Positions 37,871-52,102 of a stretch of 64,000 nt of DNA are shown here, piece after piece. The stretch covers positions 496,001 through 560,000 of the forward strand of contig NIVC01000412.1 of the NCBI GenBank assembly GCA_002269645.1, given 5' to 3'. How positions within the stretch are numbered: the first letter of the stretch is position 1; every line of letters starts with the position of its first letter. The position numbers and the translations under genes were made by a program. The notes under the pieces were generated by a model. The model was not told the DNA's origin. It searched no databases and saw only the letters and a list, made by a program, of their open reading frames with translations. The stretch comes from Macrostomum lignano. Its lineage: Eukaryota.

Positions 37871-38714
37871 ATCAAACATTCTCTACGATATATTAAATTA
37901 ATGCATACATAATGGTTTTTCTCGATCTTGAATAATTTTTTTTCAAAATGAATAATTTACCGAAGTCGACTTCAGTAATGAAGATTTTCTATACCACAAG
38001 GCCTAACACGTTTTTAGTCTCCAAAACTCGATATGAAATATGCAATGGAATTCGCGGGTCCCAAAAAGCGTCGAGTTGAGGAGCAGGAAACTAGCGAGAC
38101 AGCAAACGCGTGACTTCCCGCAGCCCATGCGGGACTCTCGGCCAGAAACTGGGTCGGTTTTTGCTTTCCTGCTCATACTCGCCTTTTTTGGCGCAGGTGG
38201 ACTCAGGATCTCCGCGCAGCGAATCGGTCTCAGTTTTTCTTCCCGCTGCTCAAGGGGGGGATTATTCGATTCAAGGAACCCCTGCCCCTGACGCCCCTGA
38301 CTGTTGGCTTCTATCTGCTGTCTTTTTGAAGTCACATACTCGTATAGCCTCCAAGCTTGCAGCCATGCCGACATAAACTAATCCTACAGTCCCCTGCCTC
38401 CCACCTGTCGATTCGTGTTCATTTCAAAGCGGTTAGACTGGCAGCAGCTAATCCTGCAATATTTAATAGCTTAGATTTAGTTAGCGGCTTAGCCCTACAT
38501 TTGACAGCATTTATCACCCTTGCAGGATGCCTGCCCAATCTTATTTACTGGGATCTGAGGCCACTGAGACTGGGGTAAAGTACCTTTTTAGTGGCTTTAT
38601 TCCTGCCTCAGATATTCGGTATCAAATGTTATTTATCTCTGATCTGGCTACATTATCTTGCATATATGAGCATAGTATCCTTTCTGTTGTATCTTATCGA
38701 TAGCATCAATTATC

Positions 38715-40025
38715 TCTAGTGCCTTATCTTTAGTGTCTTATCTCTAGTGTCTTATCGCTAGTGTCTTATCGCTAGTATCTTATCTCTAGTATCTTATCTC
38801 TAGTATCTTATCACTAGTATCTTATCTCTAGTGTCTTATCTCTAGTGTCTTATCTCTAGTGTCTTATCTCTAGTGTCTTATCTCTAGTGTCTTATCTCTA
38901 GTGTCTTATCTCTAGTGTCTTATCGCTAGTATCTTATCGCTAGTATCTTATCTCTAGTATCTTATCTCTAGTATCTTATCACTAGTATCTTATCTCTAGT
39001 GTCTTATCTCTAGTGTCTTATCTCTAGTGTCTTATCTCTAGTGTCTTATCTCTAGTGTCTTATCTCTAGTGTCTTATCTTTAGTGTCTTATCGCTAGTAT
39101 CTTATCTCTAGTATCTTATCGCTAGTATCTTATCTCTAGTATCTTATCTCTAGTGTCTTATCGCAAGTATCTTATCGGTAGTATCTTATCGCTGGTATCT
39201 TATCTCTAGTGTCTTATCGCTGGTATCTTATCTCTAGTGTCTTATCGCTAGTATCTTATCGCTAGTGTCTTATCGCTGGTATCTTATCTCTAGTGTCTTA
39301 TCGCTGGTATCTATCTCTAGTATCTTATCACTAGTATCTTATCTCTAGTGTCTTATCTCTAGTGTCTTATCGCTAGTGTCTTATCACTAGTATCTTATCT
39401 CTAGTGTCTTATCGCTGGTATCTTATCTCTAGTGTCTTATCGCTAGTATCTTATCGGTAGTATCTTATCGCTGGTATCTTATCTCTAGTGTCTTATCGCT
39501 GGTATCTTATCTCTAGTGTCTTATCGCTAGTATCTTATCGCTAGTGTCTTATCGCTGGTATCTTATCTCTAGTGTCTTATCGCTGGTATCTATCTCTAGT
39601 GTCTTATCGCTAGTATCTTATCTCTAGTGTCTTATCGCTAGTATCTTATCTCTAGTGTCTTATCGCTGGTATCTATCTCTAGTGTCTTATCGCTAGTATC
39701 TTATCTCTAGTGTCTTATCGCTAGTATCTTATCTCTAGTGTCTTATCGCTGGTATCTATCTCTAGTGTCTTATCGCTAGTATCTTATCTCTAGTGTCTTA
39801 TCGCTAGTATCTTATCTCTAGTATCTTATCGCTAGTGTCTTATCTCTAGTGTCTTATCTCTAGTGTCTTATCGCTAGTGTCTTATCTCTAGTGTCTTATC
39901 TCTAGTGTCTTATCGCTGGTATCTTATCTCTAGTGTCTTATCGCTGGTATCTTATCTCTAGTATCTTATCGCTAGTATCTTATCGGTAGTATCTTATCTC
40001 TAAGTGTCTTATCGCACGTGTCTTA
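38715..40025. repeat. 14-bp minisatellite (TCTTATCTCTAGTG)n, ~90 copies
   Basis: Period 14 (e.g. 38821, 38835). Confidence 0.97.
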
Positions 40026-40048
40026 TCTCCAGTACTATTGAGTCTCAC

Positions 40049-40173
40049 CTGACTGTCCTCTCCCAGTTGGCCCTGAGACGGGCTACGGCAGTGGGCTTTC
40101 GCACTGCCACGGAGCCGTGCACGCTCTCCGTCCGAGCCATTCTTACCTGACGCCGTCCGGAACTAGCGGACAT
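40049..40173 (-). CDS. PDE4: PDE4 alternative first coding exon: (MSASSGRRQVR)MARTESVHGSVAVRKPTAVARLRANWERTV-S
   Basis: In-frame ATGs at 40173 and 40140; donor CAG|GTGAGA in phase 2, matching the acceptor at 36430. Confidence 0.7.
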
Positions 40174-40239
40174 TTATTGATTTTAAAAAAGCACACAATG
40201 TACTGAGTTCTACAGGACACACTTCTAGGCCTGTTGCTC
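40147..40239 (-). CDS. PDE4: Candidate 93-nt phase 2-2 PDE4 cassette exon, overlapping the previous exon in another frame
   Basis: Acceptor CTAATTTTTAG|G, donor CAG|GTAAGA, open frame SNRPRSVSCRTQYIVCFFKINKCPLVPDGV. Confidence 0.35.
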
Positions 40240-40611
40240 CTAAAAATTAGCAGTTAAGCTAGTTGAAGGTTGCTAAGCTACCTTTATATAATCCAATCAG
40301 AGGGCACTGTGCCAGTCCTTTATGGGTTTCGATCCGTGAACGCTGCTCGTATTCGGCTCGTCAGCTCTTCATTGGCGCATAAAGGGGAAGGAAGGAAAAG
40401 GGGAAGAGAGAAGATTGAATTGAGCTTGAACGGCTCTCCGCCGATGGCCGCGCCGCAAACTTCAAGCATATGCAGTTCGCGGCATATGGTGGACTGTGTG
40501 TCGGAGTACTGCAGCTTGCCACTTACTGTGTGTGTGAGTGAGAGTGTGTGTGTCTGCTCCTTTAGCCTGCACCGAATGCATTTATTAGCTAATCTAATGA
40601 ATATAATGACC

Positions 40612-42277
40612 TTGGACTGTAGGACCTTAGGAACTGTAAGACCTTAGGAACTGTAGGACCTTAGGAACTGTAGGACCTTAGGAACTGTAGGACCTTAGGA
40701 ACTGTAGGACCTTAGGAACTGTAGGACCCTAGGAACTGTAGGACCTTAGGAACTGTAGGACCTTAGGAACTGTAGGACCTTAGGAGCTGTAGGACCTTAG
40801 GAGCTGTAGGACCTTAGGAACAATAGGACCCCAGGAAACACAGGACGTTAGGAACTGTAGGACCTTAGGAACTGTAGGACCTTAGGAACTGTAGGACCTT
40901 AGGAACTGTAGGACCTTAGGAGCTGTAGGACCTTAGGAGCTGTAGGACCTTAGGAACTGTAGGACCTTAGGAACTGTAGGACCTTAGGAGCTGTAGGACC
41001 TTAGGAGCTGTAGGACCTTAGGAACAATAGGACCCCAGGAAACACAGGACGTTAGGAACTGTAGGACCTTAGGAACTGTAGGACCTTAGGAACTGTAGGA
41101 CCTTAGGAACTGTAGGACCTTAGGAGCTGTAGGACCTTAGGAGCTGTAGGACCTTAGGAACAATAGGACCCCAGGAAACACAGGACGTTAGGAGCTGTAG
41201 GACCTTAGGAACAATAGGACCCCAGGAAACACAGGACGTTAGGAACTGTAGGACCTTAGGAACTGTAAGACCCTAGGAACTGTAGGACCTTAGGAGCTGT
41301 AGGACCTTAGGAACTGTAGGACCTTAGGAACCACTGGACCTTAGAAACCACTGGACCTTAGAAACCACTGGACCTTAGAAACCACTGGACCTTAGAAACC
41401 ACTGGACCTTAGAAACCACTGGACCTTAGAAACCACTGGACCTTAGGAACCAATAAGAGCTTAGAAAACCACTGAACCTTAGGCTTAGGAACCAACAAGA
41501 CCTTAGAAACCAAAAGACCTTAGAAAACCACTGGACCTTAGAAAACCAATGGACCTTAGTAACCACTGGACCTTAGAAAACCACTGGACCTTAGAAAGCA
41601 AAAGACCTTAGAAAACCACTGGACCTTAGAAAACCACTGGACCTTAGTAACCACTGGACCTTAGAAAACCACTGGACCTTAGAAACCAAAAGACCTTAGA
41701 AAACCACTGGACCTTAGAAACCAAAAGACCTTAGAAAACCACTGGACCTTAGAAAACCACTGGACCTTAGAAAACCACTGGACCTTAGTAACCACTGGAC
41801 CTTAGTAACCACTGGACCTTAGAAAACCACTGGACCTTAGCAACCACTGGACCTTAGAAAACCACTGGACCTTAGTAACCACTGGACCTTAGCAACCACT
41901 GGACCTTAGAAAACCACTGGACCTTAGCAACCACTGGACCTTAGTAACTACTGGACCTTAGGAACCAAAAGACTTTAGTAACCACTGGACCTTAGTAACC
42001 ACTGGACCTTAGAAAACCACTGGACCTTAGCAACCACTGGACCTTAGCAACCACTGGACCTTAGAAAACCACTGGACCTTAGCAACCACTGGACCTTAGC
42101 AACCACTGGACCTTAGCAACCACTGGACCTTAGAAAACCACTGGACCTTAGCAACCACTGGACCTTAGCAACCACTGGACCTTAGTAACTACTGGACCTT
42201 AGGAACCAAAAGACTTTAGGAACCAACAGGACCTTAGGAACCAAAAGACCTTAGTAACCGCAGGACCTTAGGAACTG
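40612..42277. repeat. 17-bp minisatellite with two variant domains (GGACCTTAGGAACTGTA, then GGACCTTAGAAACCACT)
   Basis: Direct inspection; the switch is near 41330 and the array ends ~17 nt from the donor at 42294. Confidence 0.97.
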
Positions 42278-42294
42278 CAAAAATAGCCTCTTAC

Positions 42295-42551
42295 CTGTTT
42301 CTAACAATTCTAAAATTCGACTGCCTCCGATGGCTATTACAACCCGCAGCAGCCATCGGGGAGGTTCTCCTGCCCAGCAGCGACAACCCTGGCTGCTGTT
42401 GGCTGCTTGCTGAAGATGATGGCGCGGACGAGCTGCGGTGCTGCAGGTACACCGTTTTCCTGCTAGCTACCAAACCGATGGATCTCAGCTGCTGCTGCTG
42501 AGGCTGAGGCTGAGGAGACTCCGGCGACATCGCGAGGTCGGGAGAGTCCAT
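42295..42551 (-). CDS. PDE4: PDE4 alternative first coding exon: MDSPDLAMSPES...GRRTSP...HRRQSNFRIVRN-S
   Basis: ATG at 42551; 257 nt = 85 codons + 2; donor CAG|GTAAGA in phase 2; poly-Q/Ser composition like the other exons. Confidence 0.75.
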
Positions 42552-43144
42552 TTCAAATAGCTTATAGCCAGAGCGCAATTTACCCCATGCGCTTTTTAAT
42601 TATATTTACGGCCTAATACACACACAGCGCCGCCACTTCACTCTCCGCCAAACTTTATTGCTCTCTAACTCTCCGCCAGACCCCCTTCTCTCTCTCTCTC
42701 CCTGTGCGGTGATTGAAATATTATTATCATATACGTGTATTATTCAGAGAGCAGGGGGGAATGAGCGCATTGATTGAGATTGAGAGTGTACATTCATTGT
42801 AATCACTCGGATTCATTCATAGGCAATGGAGTGCACTTCCTGGCTCTTCAGCAGCGGCCAAGGGCCCTATAGCCATATAAAAGAGCTCAGAGCAGTGTGC
42901 ATACCGATACAATCCGCTTGCACTTGTGTGTTCTGTTAATTAAATCAGCTAGTAACTATATCTAATTGAGAACTCTGCTTTCGTTGAGGTTTAGTCAGCA
43001 ACAAGTTACTTTGACAAACTATAGGGTCTCTCTTGTGACTAAAAATCGCAGCTAACGTGGGGGAAGCCTATAGGGTTTAAGGGTATTTAGTTAATTAACT
43101 TTGTGAACTCCTGCCCAGGGTGTTATTATGGCTACTCGTAAACA

Positions 43145-44050
<906 letters not shown>

Positions 44051-44614
44051 AAGTGAGACAAAATCCTAAAGGGAAAGACATAGAGAACACAGAGAATAGA
44101 AAATTGCATTATGCAGTGATGACACTCTTTGCTATACTGGAAACAGAGTGAGAAAAAGGAGAATTTTAAAAACTTTTCTCTACTTGCCAGCTACTATGAG
44201 TAGTGCAAAAGCTAAGAAATGCACTTCACTAAAGCATTTATTTATAAAAACTTTATTGCATATTTTATGACGGCCGAATACAGCAGAATGCAGCAGAACC
44301 AGTGGAAACTCACGAAGCAGCGAATTAAATAAATATTCGAAACCACCCGCTGAGCAGCTAGAGCACTTCACACGCCCCCGAGTTCGGGTCATTCGATCTC
44401 TACTGGGCTCTGAAATATCGCTGCTTTAATATATTTTCCATCTGACTCTGACGCTATCATTTCAAATCGAAACTAAGCAACAGAAAGTGCACTGTTTTTA
44501 TGCGAAAAAGTGCAAAAGTTCAACTAAGTTCAATGCGACCGTTTTGGGCCACAAGTTTAGGATATTGTCAGAGGGTGTCAGGTAAAGGCGGAATGTGGAA
44601 GACATAAGGGGGAG

Positions 44615-46085
44615 GGAGCGAAAAGACGCACCAACATGTGTCAGACAGGGGGGTGGAAAGACGCACCAACATGTGTCAGACAGGGGGGCGGAAAGACGCA
44701 CCAACATGTGTCAGACAGGGGGCGGAAAGACGCACCAAAATGTGTCAGATTGAGGGAGCGGAAAGACGCACCAAAATGTGTCAGACAGGGGGGGAGGGCG
44801 GAAAGACGCACTAAAATGTGTCAGATTGAGGGAGCGGAAAGACGCACCAAAATGTGTCAGACAGAGGGGGGAGACGCACCAAAATGTGTCAGACAGGGGG
44901 GAGGGCGGAAAGACGCACTAAAATGTGTCAGACAGGGGGGGGGGGCGGAAAGACGCACCTAAATGTGTCCGACAGGGGGGTGAAAAGACGCACTTAATTG
45001 TGTCAGATTGAGGGACGGAAAGACGCCCCAAAATGTGTCAGACAGGGGGGGGGCGGAAAGACGCACCAAAATGTGTCAGTCAGGGGGCGGAAAGACGCAC
45101 CAAAATGTGTCAGACAGGGGGGGACGCACCAAAATGTGTCAGACAGGGGGGGAGGGCGGAAAGACGCACTAAAATGTGTCAGACAGGGGGAAGGGCGGAA
45201 AGACGCACCAAAATGTGTCAGACAGGGAGGGGAAGACGCACCAAATTGTGTCAGATGGAGGGAGCCGAAAGACGCACCAAATTGTGTCAGACAGGGGGGG
45301 GGGCGGAAAGACGCAATAAATTGTGTCCGACAGGAGGGGGGCGGAAAGACGCAATAAATTGTGTCAGACAGGGGGGAGGCGGAAAGACGCACCAAATTGT
45401 GTCAGACAGGGGGGGGGGGCGGAAAGACGCACCAAAATGTGTCAGACAGGGGGCGGAAAGACGCACCAAAATGTGTCAGACAGGGGGGGGGGCGGAAAGA
45501 CGCACCAAAATGTGTCAGATGGAGGGAGCCGAAAGACGCACCAAATTGTGTCAGACAGGGGGGGGGGCGGAAAGACGCAATAAATTGTGTCAGACAGGGG
45601 GGGAGGCGGAAAGACGCACCAAAGTGTGTCAGACAGGGGGGCGGAAAGACGCACCAACATGTGTCAGACAGGGGGGTGAAAAGACGCACTTAATTGTGTC
45701 AGACAGGGGGCGGAAAGACGCACTAAAATGTGTCAGACAGGGAGGGGAAGACGCACCAAATTGTGTCAGACAGGGGGGGGGGCGGAAAGACGCACCAAAA
45801 TGTGTCAGATGGAGGGAGCCGAAAGACGCACCAACATGTGTCAGACAGGGGGGTGAAAAGACGCACTTAATTGTGTCAGACAGAGGGGGGCGGAAAGACG
45901 CACCAAAATGTGTCAGACAGGGAGGGGAAGACGCACCAAATTGTGTCAGACAGAGGGGGGCGGAAAGACGCACCAAAATGTGTCAGACAGAGGGGCGGAA
46001 AGACGCACTAAATTGTGTCAGACAGGGGGGCGGAAAGACGCACCAAATTGTGTCAGACAGAGGGGGGCAAAAAGACACACCAGAA
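44615..46085. repeat. ~36-39-bp minisatellite (GCGGAAAGACGCACCAAAATGTGTCAGACAGGGGG)n with a variable G-run
   Basis: Direct inspection; RKDAPKCVRQGG periodicity in the ORF track. Confidence 0.95.
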
Positions 46086-46137
46086 AAGAAAGGCAATGAA
46101 AGTTAGTTGCCAAGTGCCAAGTCGCATCCCAAACTAC

Positions 46138-46259
46138 CAGGTGCTGGCCGAATGTCTCCTAAGCGTCAGGCGGTGTCCGGCTCCTCCCCTGCCAGGTGAT
46201 GACTTGCCAATGGAGACAGTCGGCACGCTCAACAGGCTGATAAATTTATTCGAAGCCAT
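46138..46259 (-). CDS. PDE4: PDE4 alternative first coding exon: MASNKFISLLSVPTVSIGKSSPGRGGAGHRLTLRRHSAST-C
   Basis: GCC-ATG-G start at 46259; 122 nt = 40 codons + 2; phase-2 donor TG|GTAGTT; the product RRHSASTC-FD parallels vertebrate PDE4D3 RRHSWIC-FD. Confidence 0.65.
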
Positions 46260-46609
46260 GGCGAGTCACGCAGTTTTCAGAACAATTTTAGAACTCATTT
46301 CCAGTTTCGTTTTCTGCTTTTATTTCGACTCAATTCCAAAACAGCTAAGACTTTATTAACAAATAACAATCGAAAAGTGAGAGCGATGGATGGAGTAACT
46401 TTGTGTCAGGTTCTTGCCGTGCGTTGCAGCTTTTAGCAAAAACCTCACCGGTGTGTGTGCGTGAGAGAGAGAGAAAGTGGCGGAGAGAGTTGGTTGCGAG
46501 AAAGGCCACCGCCCGTGTAGGTCAGACTCTTTTATTGTTCTGGCATAATGTTTTAATATTTGCCTTTCTGACAGGAGTCCTCTGTATCAGGTCTTTACCT
46601 CTGTACTTG

Positions 46610-49345
46610 CCAGTTTCTATTGGAAAGAGTGCCAGTTTCTATTGGAAAGAGTGCCAGTTTCTATTGGAAAGAGTGCCAGTTTCTATTGGAAAGAGTGCCA
46701 GTTTCTATTGGAAAGAGTGCCAGTTTCTATTGGAAAGATTGCCAGTTTCTATTGGAAAGAGTGCCAGTTTCTATTGGAAAGAGTGCCAGTTTCTATTGGA
46801 AAGAGTGCCAGTTTCTATTGGAAAGAAAGAGTGCCATTTTCTATTGGAAAGATTGCCAGTTTCTATTGGAAAGATTGTCAGTTTCTATTGGAAAGAGTGC
46901 CAGTTTCTATTGGAAAGAGTGCCAGTTTCTATTGGAAAGAGTGCCAGTTTCTATTGGAAAGAGTGCCAGTTTCTATTGGAAAGATTGCCAGTTTCTATTG
47001 GAAAGATTGTCAGTTTCTATTGGAAAGAGTGCCAATTTCTATTGGAAAGAGTGCCAATTTCTATTGGAAAGATTGCCAGTTTCTATTGGAAAGAGTGCCA
47101 ATTTCTATTAGGAGTGTCATTTTCTATTGAAAAGAGAGCCATTTTCTATTGGAAAGAGTGCCATTTTCTATTGGAAAGAGTGCCATTTTCTATTGGAAAG
47201 AGTGCCATTTTCTATTGGAACGAGTGCTATTTTCTTTTGGAAAGAGTGCCAGTTTCTATTGGAAAGAGTGCCATTTTCTATTGGAACGAGTGCTATTTTC
47301 TTTTGGAAAGAGTGCCAGTTTCTATTGGAAAGAGTGCCAATTTCTATTAGGAGTGCCATTTTCTATTGAAAAGAGAGCCATTTTCTATTGGAAAGAGTGC
47401 CATTTTCTATTGGAAAGAGTGCCATTTTCTATTGGAACGAGTGCTATTTTCTTTTGGAAAGAGTGCCAGTTTCTATTGGAAAGAGTGCCAATTTCTATTA
47501 GGAGTGCCATTTTCTATTGTAAAGAGTGCCATTTTCTATTGGAAACAGTGCCAATTTCTATTGTAAAGAGTGCCATTTTCTATTGGAAAGAGTGCCAATT
47601 TCTATTAGGAGTGCCATTTTCTATTGGAAAGAGTGCCATTTTCGTTTGGAACGAGTGCTATTTTCTTTTGGAAAGAGTGCCAGTTTCTATTGGAAAGAGT
47701 GCCAATTTCTATTAGGAGTGCCATTTTCTATTGTAAAGAGTGCCATTTTCTATTGGAAACAGTGCCAATTTCTATTGTAAAGAGTGCCAGTTTCTATTGA
47801 AAAGAGTGCCAGTTTCTATTGAAAAGAGTGCTATTTTCTATTGGAAAGAGTGCCAATTTCTATTAGGAGTGCCATTTTCTATTGGAAAGAGTGCCATTTT
47901 CTATTGGAACGAGTGCTATTTTCTTTTGGAAAGAGTGCCAGTTTCTATTGGAAAGAGTGCCAATTTCTATTAGGAGTGCCATTTTCTATTGTAAAGAGTG
48001 CCATTTTCTATTGGAAAGATTGCCAGTTTCTATTGGAAAGATTGTCAGTTTCTATTGGAAAGAGTGCCAATTTCTATTGGAAAGAGTGCCAATTTCTATT
48101 GGAAAGATTGCCAGTTTCTATTGGAAAGAGTGCCAATTTCTATTAGGAGTGTCATTTTCTATTGAAAAGAGAGCCATTTTCTATTGGAAAGAGTGCCATT
48201 TTCTATTGGAAAGAGTGCCATTTTCTATTGGAAAGAGTGCCATTTTCTATTGGAACGAGTGCTATTTTCTTTTGGAAAGAGTGCCAGTTTCTATTGGAAA
48301 GAGTGCCATTTTCTATTGGAACGAGTGCTATTTTCTTTTGGAAAGAGTGCCAGTTTCTATTGGAAAGAGTGCCAATTTCTATTAGGAGTGCCATTTTCTA
48401 TTGAGAAGAGAGCCATTTTCTATTGGAAAGAGTGCCATTTTCTATTGGAAAGAGTGCCATTTTCTATTGGAACGAGTGCTATTTTCTTTTGGAAAGAGTG
48501 CCAGTTTCTATTGGAAAGAGTGCCAATTTCTATTAGGAGTGCCATTTTCTATTGTAAAGAGTGCCATTTTCTATTGGAAAGAGTGCCAATTTCTATTAGG
48601 AGTGCCAATTTCTATTGTAAAGAGTGCCAGTTTCTATTGGAAAGAGTGCCAATTTCTATTAGGAGTGCCAATTTCTATTGTAAAGAGTGCCAGTTTCTAT
48701 TGAAAAGAGTGCCAGTTTCTATTAGGAGTGCCAATTTCTATTGTAAAGAGTGCCAGTTTCTATTGGAAACAGTGCCAATTTCTATTGTAAAGAGTGCCAG
48801 TTTCTATTGGAAAGAGTGCCAATTTCTATTAGGAGTGCCAATTTCTATTGTAAAGAGTGCCAGTTTCTATTGAAAAGAGTGCCAGTTTCTATTGAAAAGA
48901 GTGCCAGTTTCTATTGAAAAGAGTGCTATTTTCTATTGGAAAGAGTGCCAATTTCTATTAGGAGTGCCATTTTCTATTGTAAAGAGTGCCATTTTCTATT
49001 GGAAACAGTGCCAATTTCTATTGTAAAGAGTGCCATTTTCTATTGGAAACAGTGCCAATTTCTATTGTAAAGAGTGCCATTTTCTATTGGAAACAGTGCC
49101 AATTTCTATTGTAAAGAGTGCCAGTTTCTATTGAAAAGAGTGCCAGTTTCTATTGAAAAGAGTGCTATTTTCTATTGGAAAGAGTGCCAATTTCTATTAG
49201 GAGTGCCATTTTCTATTGTAAAGAGTGCCATTTTCTATTGGAAACAGTGCCAATTTCTATTGTAAAGAGTGCCAGTTTCTATTGAAAAGAGTGCCAGTTT
49301 CTATTGGAAGGAGTGCCAGTTTCTATTGGAAGGAGTGCCAAGAGT
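46610..49345. repeat. 22-bp minisatellite (GAAAGAGTGCCAGTTTCTATTG)n, ~120 copies, with ~1-kb higher-order duplication
   Basis: Period 22; identical translations of 47127-47369 and 48162-48404 (offset 1035). Confidence 0.97.
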
Positions 49346-49788
49346 GCAAGGGACGTCATTTTCCACTCTGCACGGGTGCGATTTTTTGTTTAACGTCTAA
49401 AGATTTTTTACGTTGCGACGTTCTTAATTAAAAACGACACTGTATTTTTTATGAAGATGATAATATCTTATTATACTATTTTATTTTTTTGTTGCAAGGT
49501 ACGAGCGAAAAAATCCGTTTGTCTACTTAAAGTAGGCTTGAATACGCGTTTTCATATCTTTTTTTATTTATTATTTCTGCGCACAGAAAAGTGCCTTGGT
49601 GGAAATGTGGCTTTCATTTTTTAGCAAAGAAAATCTTAAATATATTTCAATAATTTTGATAAAAAATATATTAACTTGCATTTCATTTTTGTCTTGCGAA
49701 TGCTTTAAGGTTCGGATTGATCTGAGACACCGGTTGCATCTGACTGCAAACACTTTAAACAGTATGGGCACTTGTCTCGCTGGTACTG

Positions 49789-50284
<496 letters not shown>

Positions 50285-50540
50285 AGTCTTGACAGGAACA
50301 AAATGCAATGTCAATGTGTACCTATAGCAGGCAAATGAAGCAGAGAGAAATACCTGGCACTCAGTTTTATTTCACTAGCTCGTATTGCATTTATCTTATC
50401 TCTGTTGCTCGCACAGTCGGTCTACGGAGATTAACAAAGCTATCTGGCAAGAAAGCAGTTAAGCTACAACTGACAGTGCTGTATTGTCCACTTGTCTTTC
50501 TGTCTTATTTCAGTCAAAGAAACTGAGCTCGGCAACTCAC

Positions 50541-50665
50541 ATGGCCAGGGTGTGCCGGCGGCTCCTGTGCCTGTACTGCTGCGGAAAGTGCAGCAAATCG
50601 CCGATGACGCCAAAACTTTCCTCGGTTTGATTCACCTGCATCGACGCCGCTTCAAGGTGCGACAT
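50541..50665 (-). CDS. PDE4: PDE4 alternative first coding exon: MSHLEAASMQVNQTEESFGVIGDLLHFPQQYRHRSRRHTLA-I
   Basis: ATG at 50665; 125 nt = 41 codons + 2; consensus donor AT|GTGAGT in phase 2. Confidence 0.7.
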
Positions 50666-51409
50666 GAGCTGATTTGTATTCTTACGGCTGTGGCTGAGGA
50701 CAGATGAGTTACTAACCAGTGCTAGCGATTATCTTCTGCTTTTACTATAAAAAGCAATACCTGGAAATATGGTCTCTAGCGCTCATTGGCCAAGCTGCGT
50801 GCTCAACACGGTGCATATTTCTGCCTGCTAGCTAACAGCCAGATGTACAGGGCCCTTGAGAGCTCGCCTCTATGCAATTCTAGCTGATTAGACTACTCTG
50901 TGATTGACAGCTCTATAGTGGGCCTCTCAGTAATTTATTGCATTTGAGAGTGATCTCCACTCTCTTCTCGGTGGCCTGCGCCAATATGACTTGTTTTCCT
51001 ACAACCTGATGCTTCATCAAGTATTCCTTTTAAATTTTGTTTTGATAGTCAAAAAATGGTGGCCTTAATGAGAGGCAACTTGAAATATGGCCCTTCTTAA
51101 AAATTGATTTTTAATGGAGGGGCATTGAGAGCAAAGGTTTTTTTACGAGAGAAACATCAGATTTCGAGGAAAAGGCTTTTTAGAGAGGGGATTCTAGCTG
51201 AGAGAAAGGGATTCAAGGCGGGGAATATGGACAAAGGAAAGCAGAAAGTATTTTAGTGAGGGAGAGTCAGAGCGAAAGAGGAATTAAGCAATGAGAGACC
51301 CGAAAAGCCAGAAGAGGGAGGAGGGTTGAGGGAGATACAGAGGTGCGGGCAGGTGAGAAGGAAAATGGAGGAAGAGAGGAAAGAGGAAAAATGGAGGGAG
51401 ATATCGGAG

Positions 51410-51780
51410 ACGAAGGGAGAGAGGGAGATGAAAGGAGAGAGAGGGAGATGAATGGAGAGAGGGAGATGGAGGGAGAGAGGGAGATGAAGGGAGAGAGGGA
51501 GATGAAGGGAAAGAAGAAGATGAAGGGAGAAAGGGAGATGAAGAGGGAGAGGGAGATGAAGAGGGAGAGGGAGATGAAGAGGGAGAGGGAGATGAAGAGG
51601 GAGAGGGAGATGAAGAGGGAGAGTGAGATGAAGAGGGAGAGGGAGATGAAGAGGGAGAGGGAGATGGAGGGAGAGAGGGAGATGAAGGGAGAGAGGGAGA
51701 TGCAGGGAAAGAAGAAGATGAAGGGAGAAAGGGAGATGAAGAGGGAGAGAGGGAGATGGAGGGAGAGGGGGATGGGAGTG
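51410..51780. repeat. 18-bp GA-rich repeat (GAGGGAGAGGGAGATGAA)n
   Basis: Direct inspection. Confidence 0.9.
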
Positions 51781-51958
51781 TGAAGAGAGTGATGTGGAGA
51801 GGCTGGAAGAATGATTGAAGTAAAGAATGCTAAAACAATTGATGAAGTGAGCAAAGAAACGGGCGTCATCGCACAATCTGTCTATAAAAAGAAGCGCCCC
51901 GGCCCCGACCTGCTCAAGTACCGAGCACGCGAAACTGACAGATTCGAAATTAACCAAC

Positions 51959-52101
51959 TTTGAAGCTGAGCTGATGACGCTACGCGGGGAGTCTGCAGCC
52001 GAGGCGTGCTTTTTAAAATGTTGGCGAAGAATTTTGCCGCTAGCTTTTAGCACCCCTGGGTGGCCCCCCTGCCTGCCTGTGAGCCCAGTGCTTTGCTGGA
52101 G
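51959..52101 (-). CDS. Candidate PDE4 5' internal exon (LQQSTGLTGRQGGHPGVLKASGKILRQHFKKHASAADSPRSVISSAS)
   Basis: Open frame between GGCAG| at the satellite edge and phase-2 AA|GTTGGT (the same donor hexamer as at 30052). Upstream partner uncertain. Confidence 0.25.
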
Positions 52102-52102
52102 C

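Noticed and set aside
38003-38374. ORF containing MGCGKS (myristoylation/palmitoylation-like) as another PDE4 first exon
   Set aside because: Only poor phase-2 donors (GTCACG, GTTTTG, GTGTTA) are available and the Met is internal to a longer ORF. Unsupported without junction reads.
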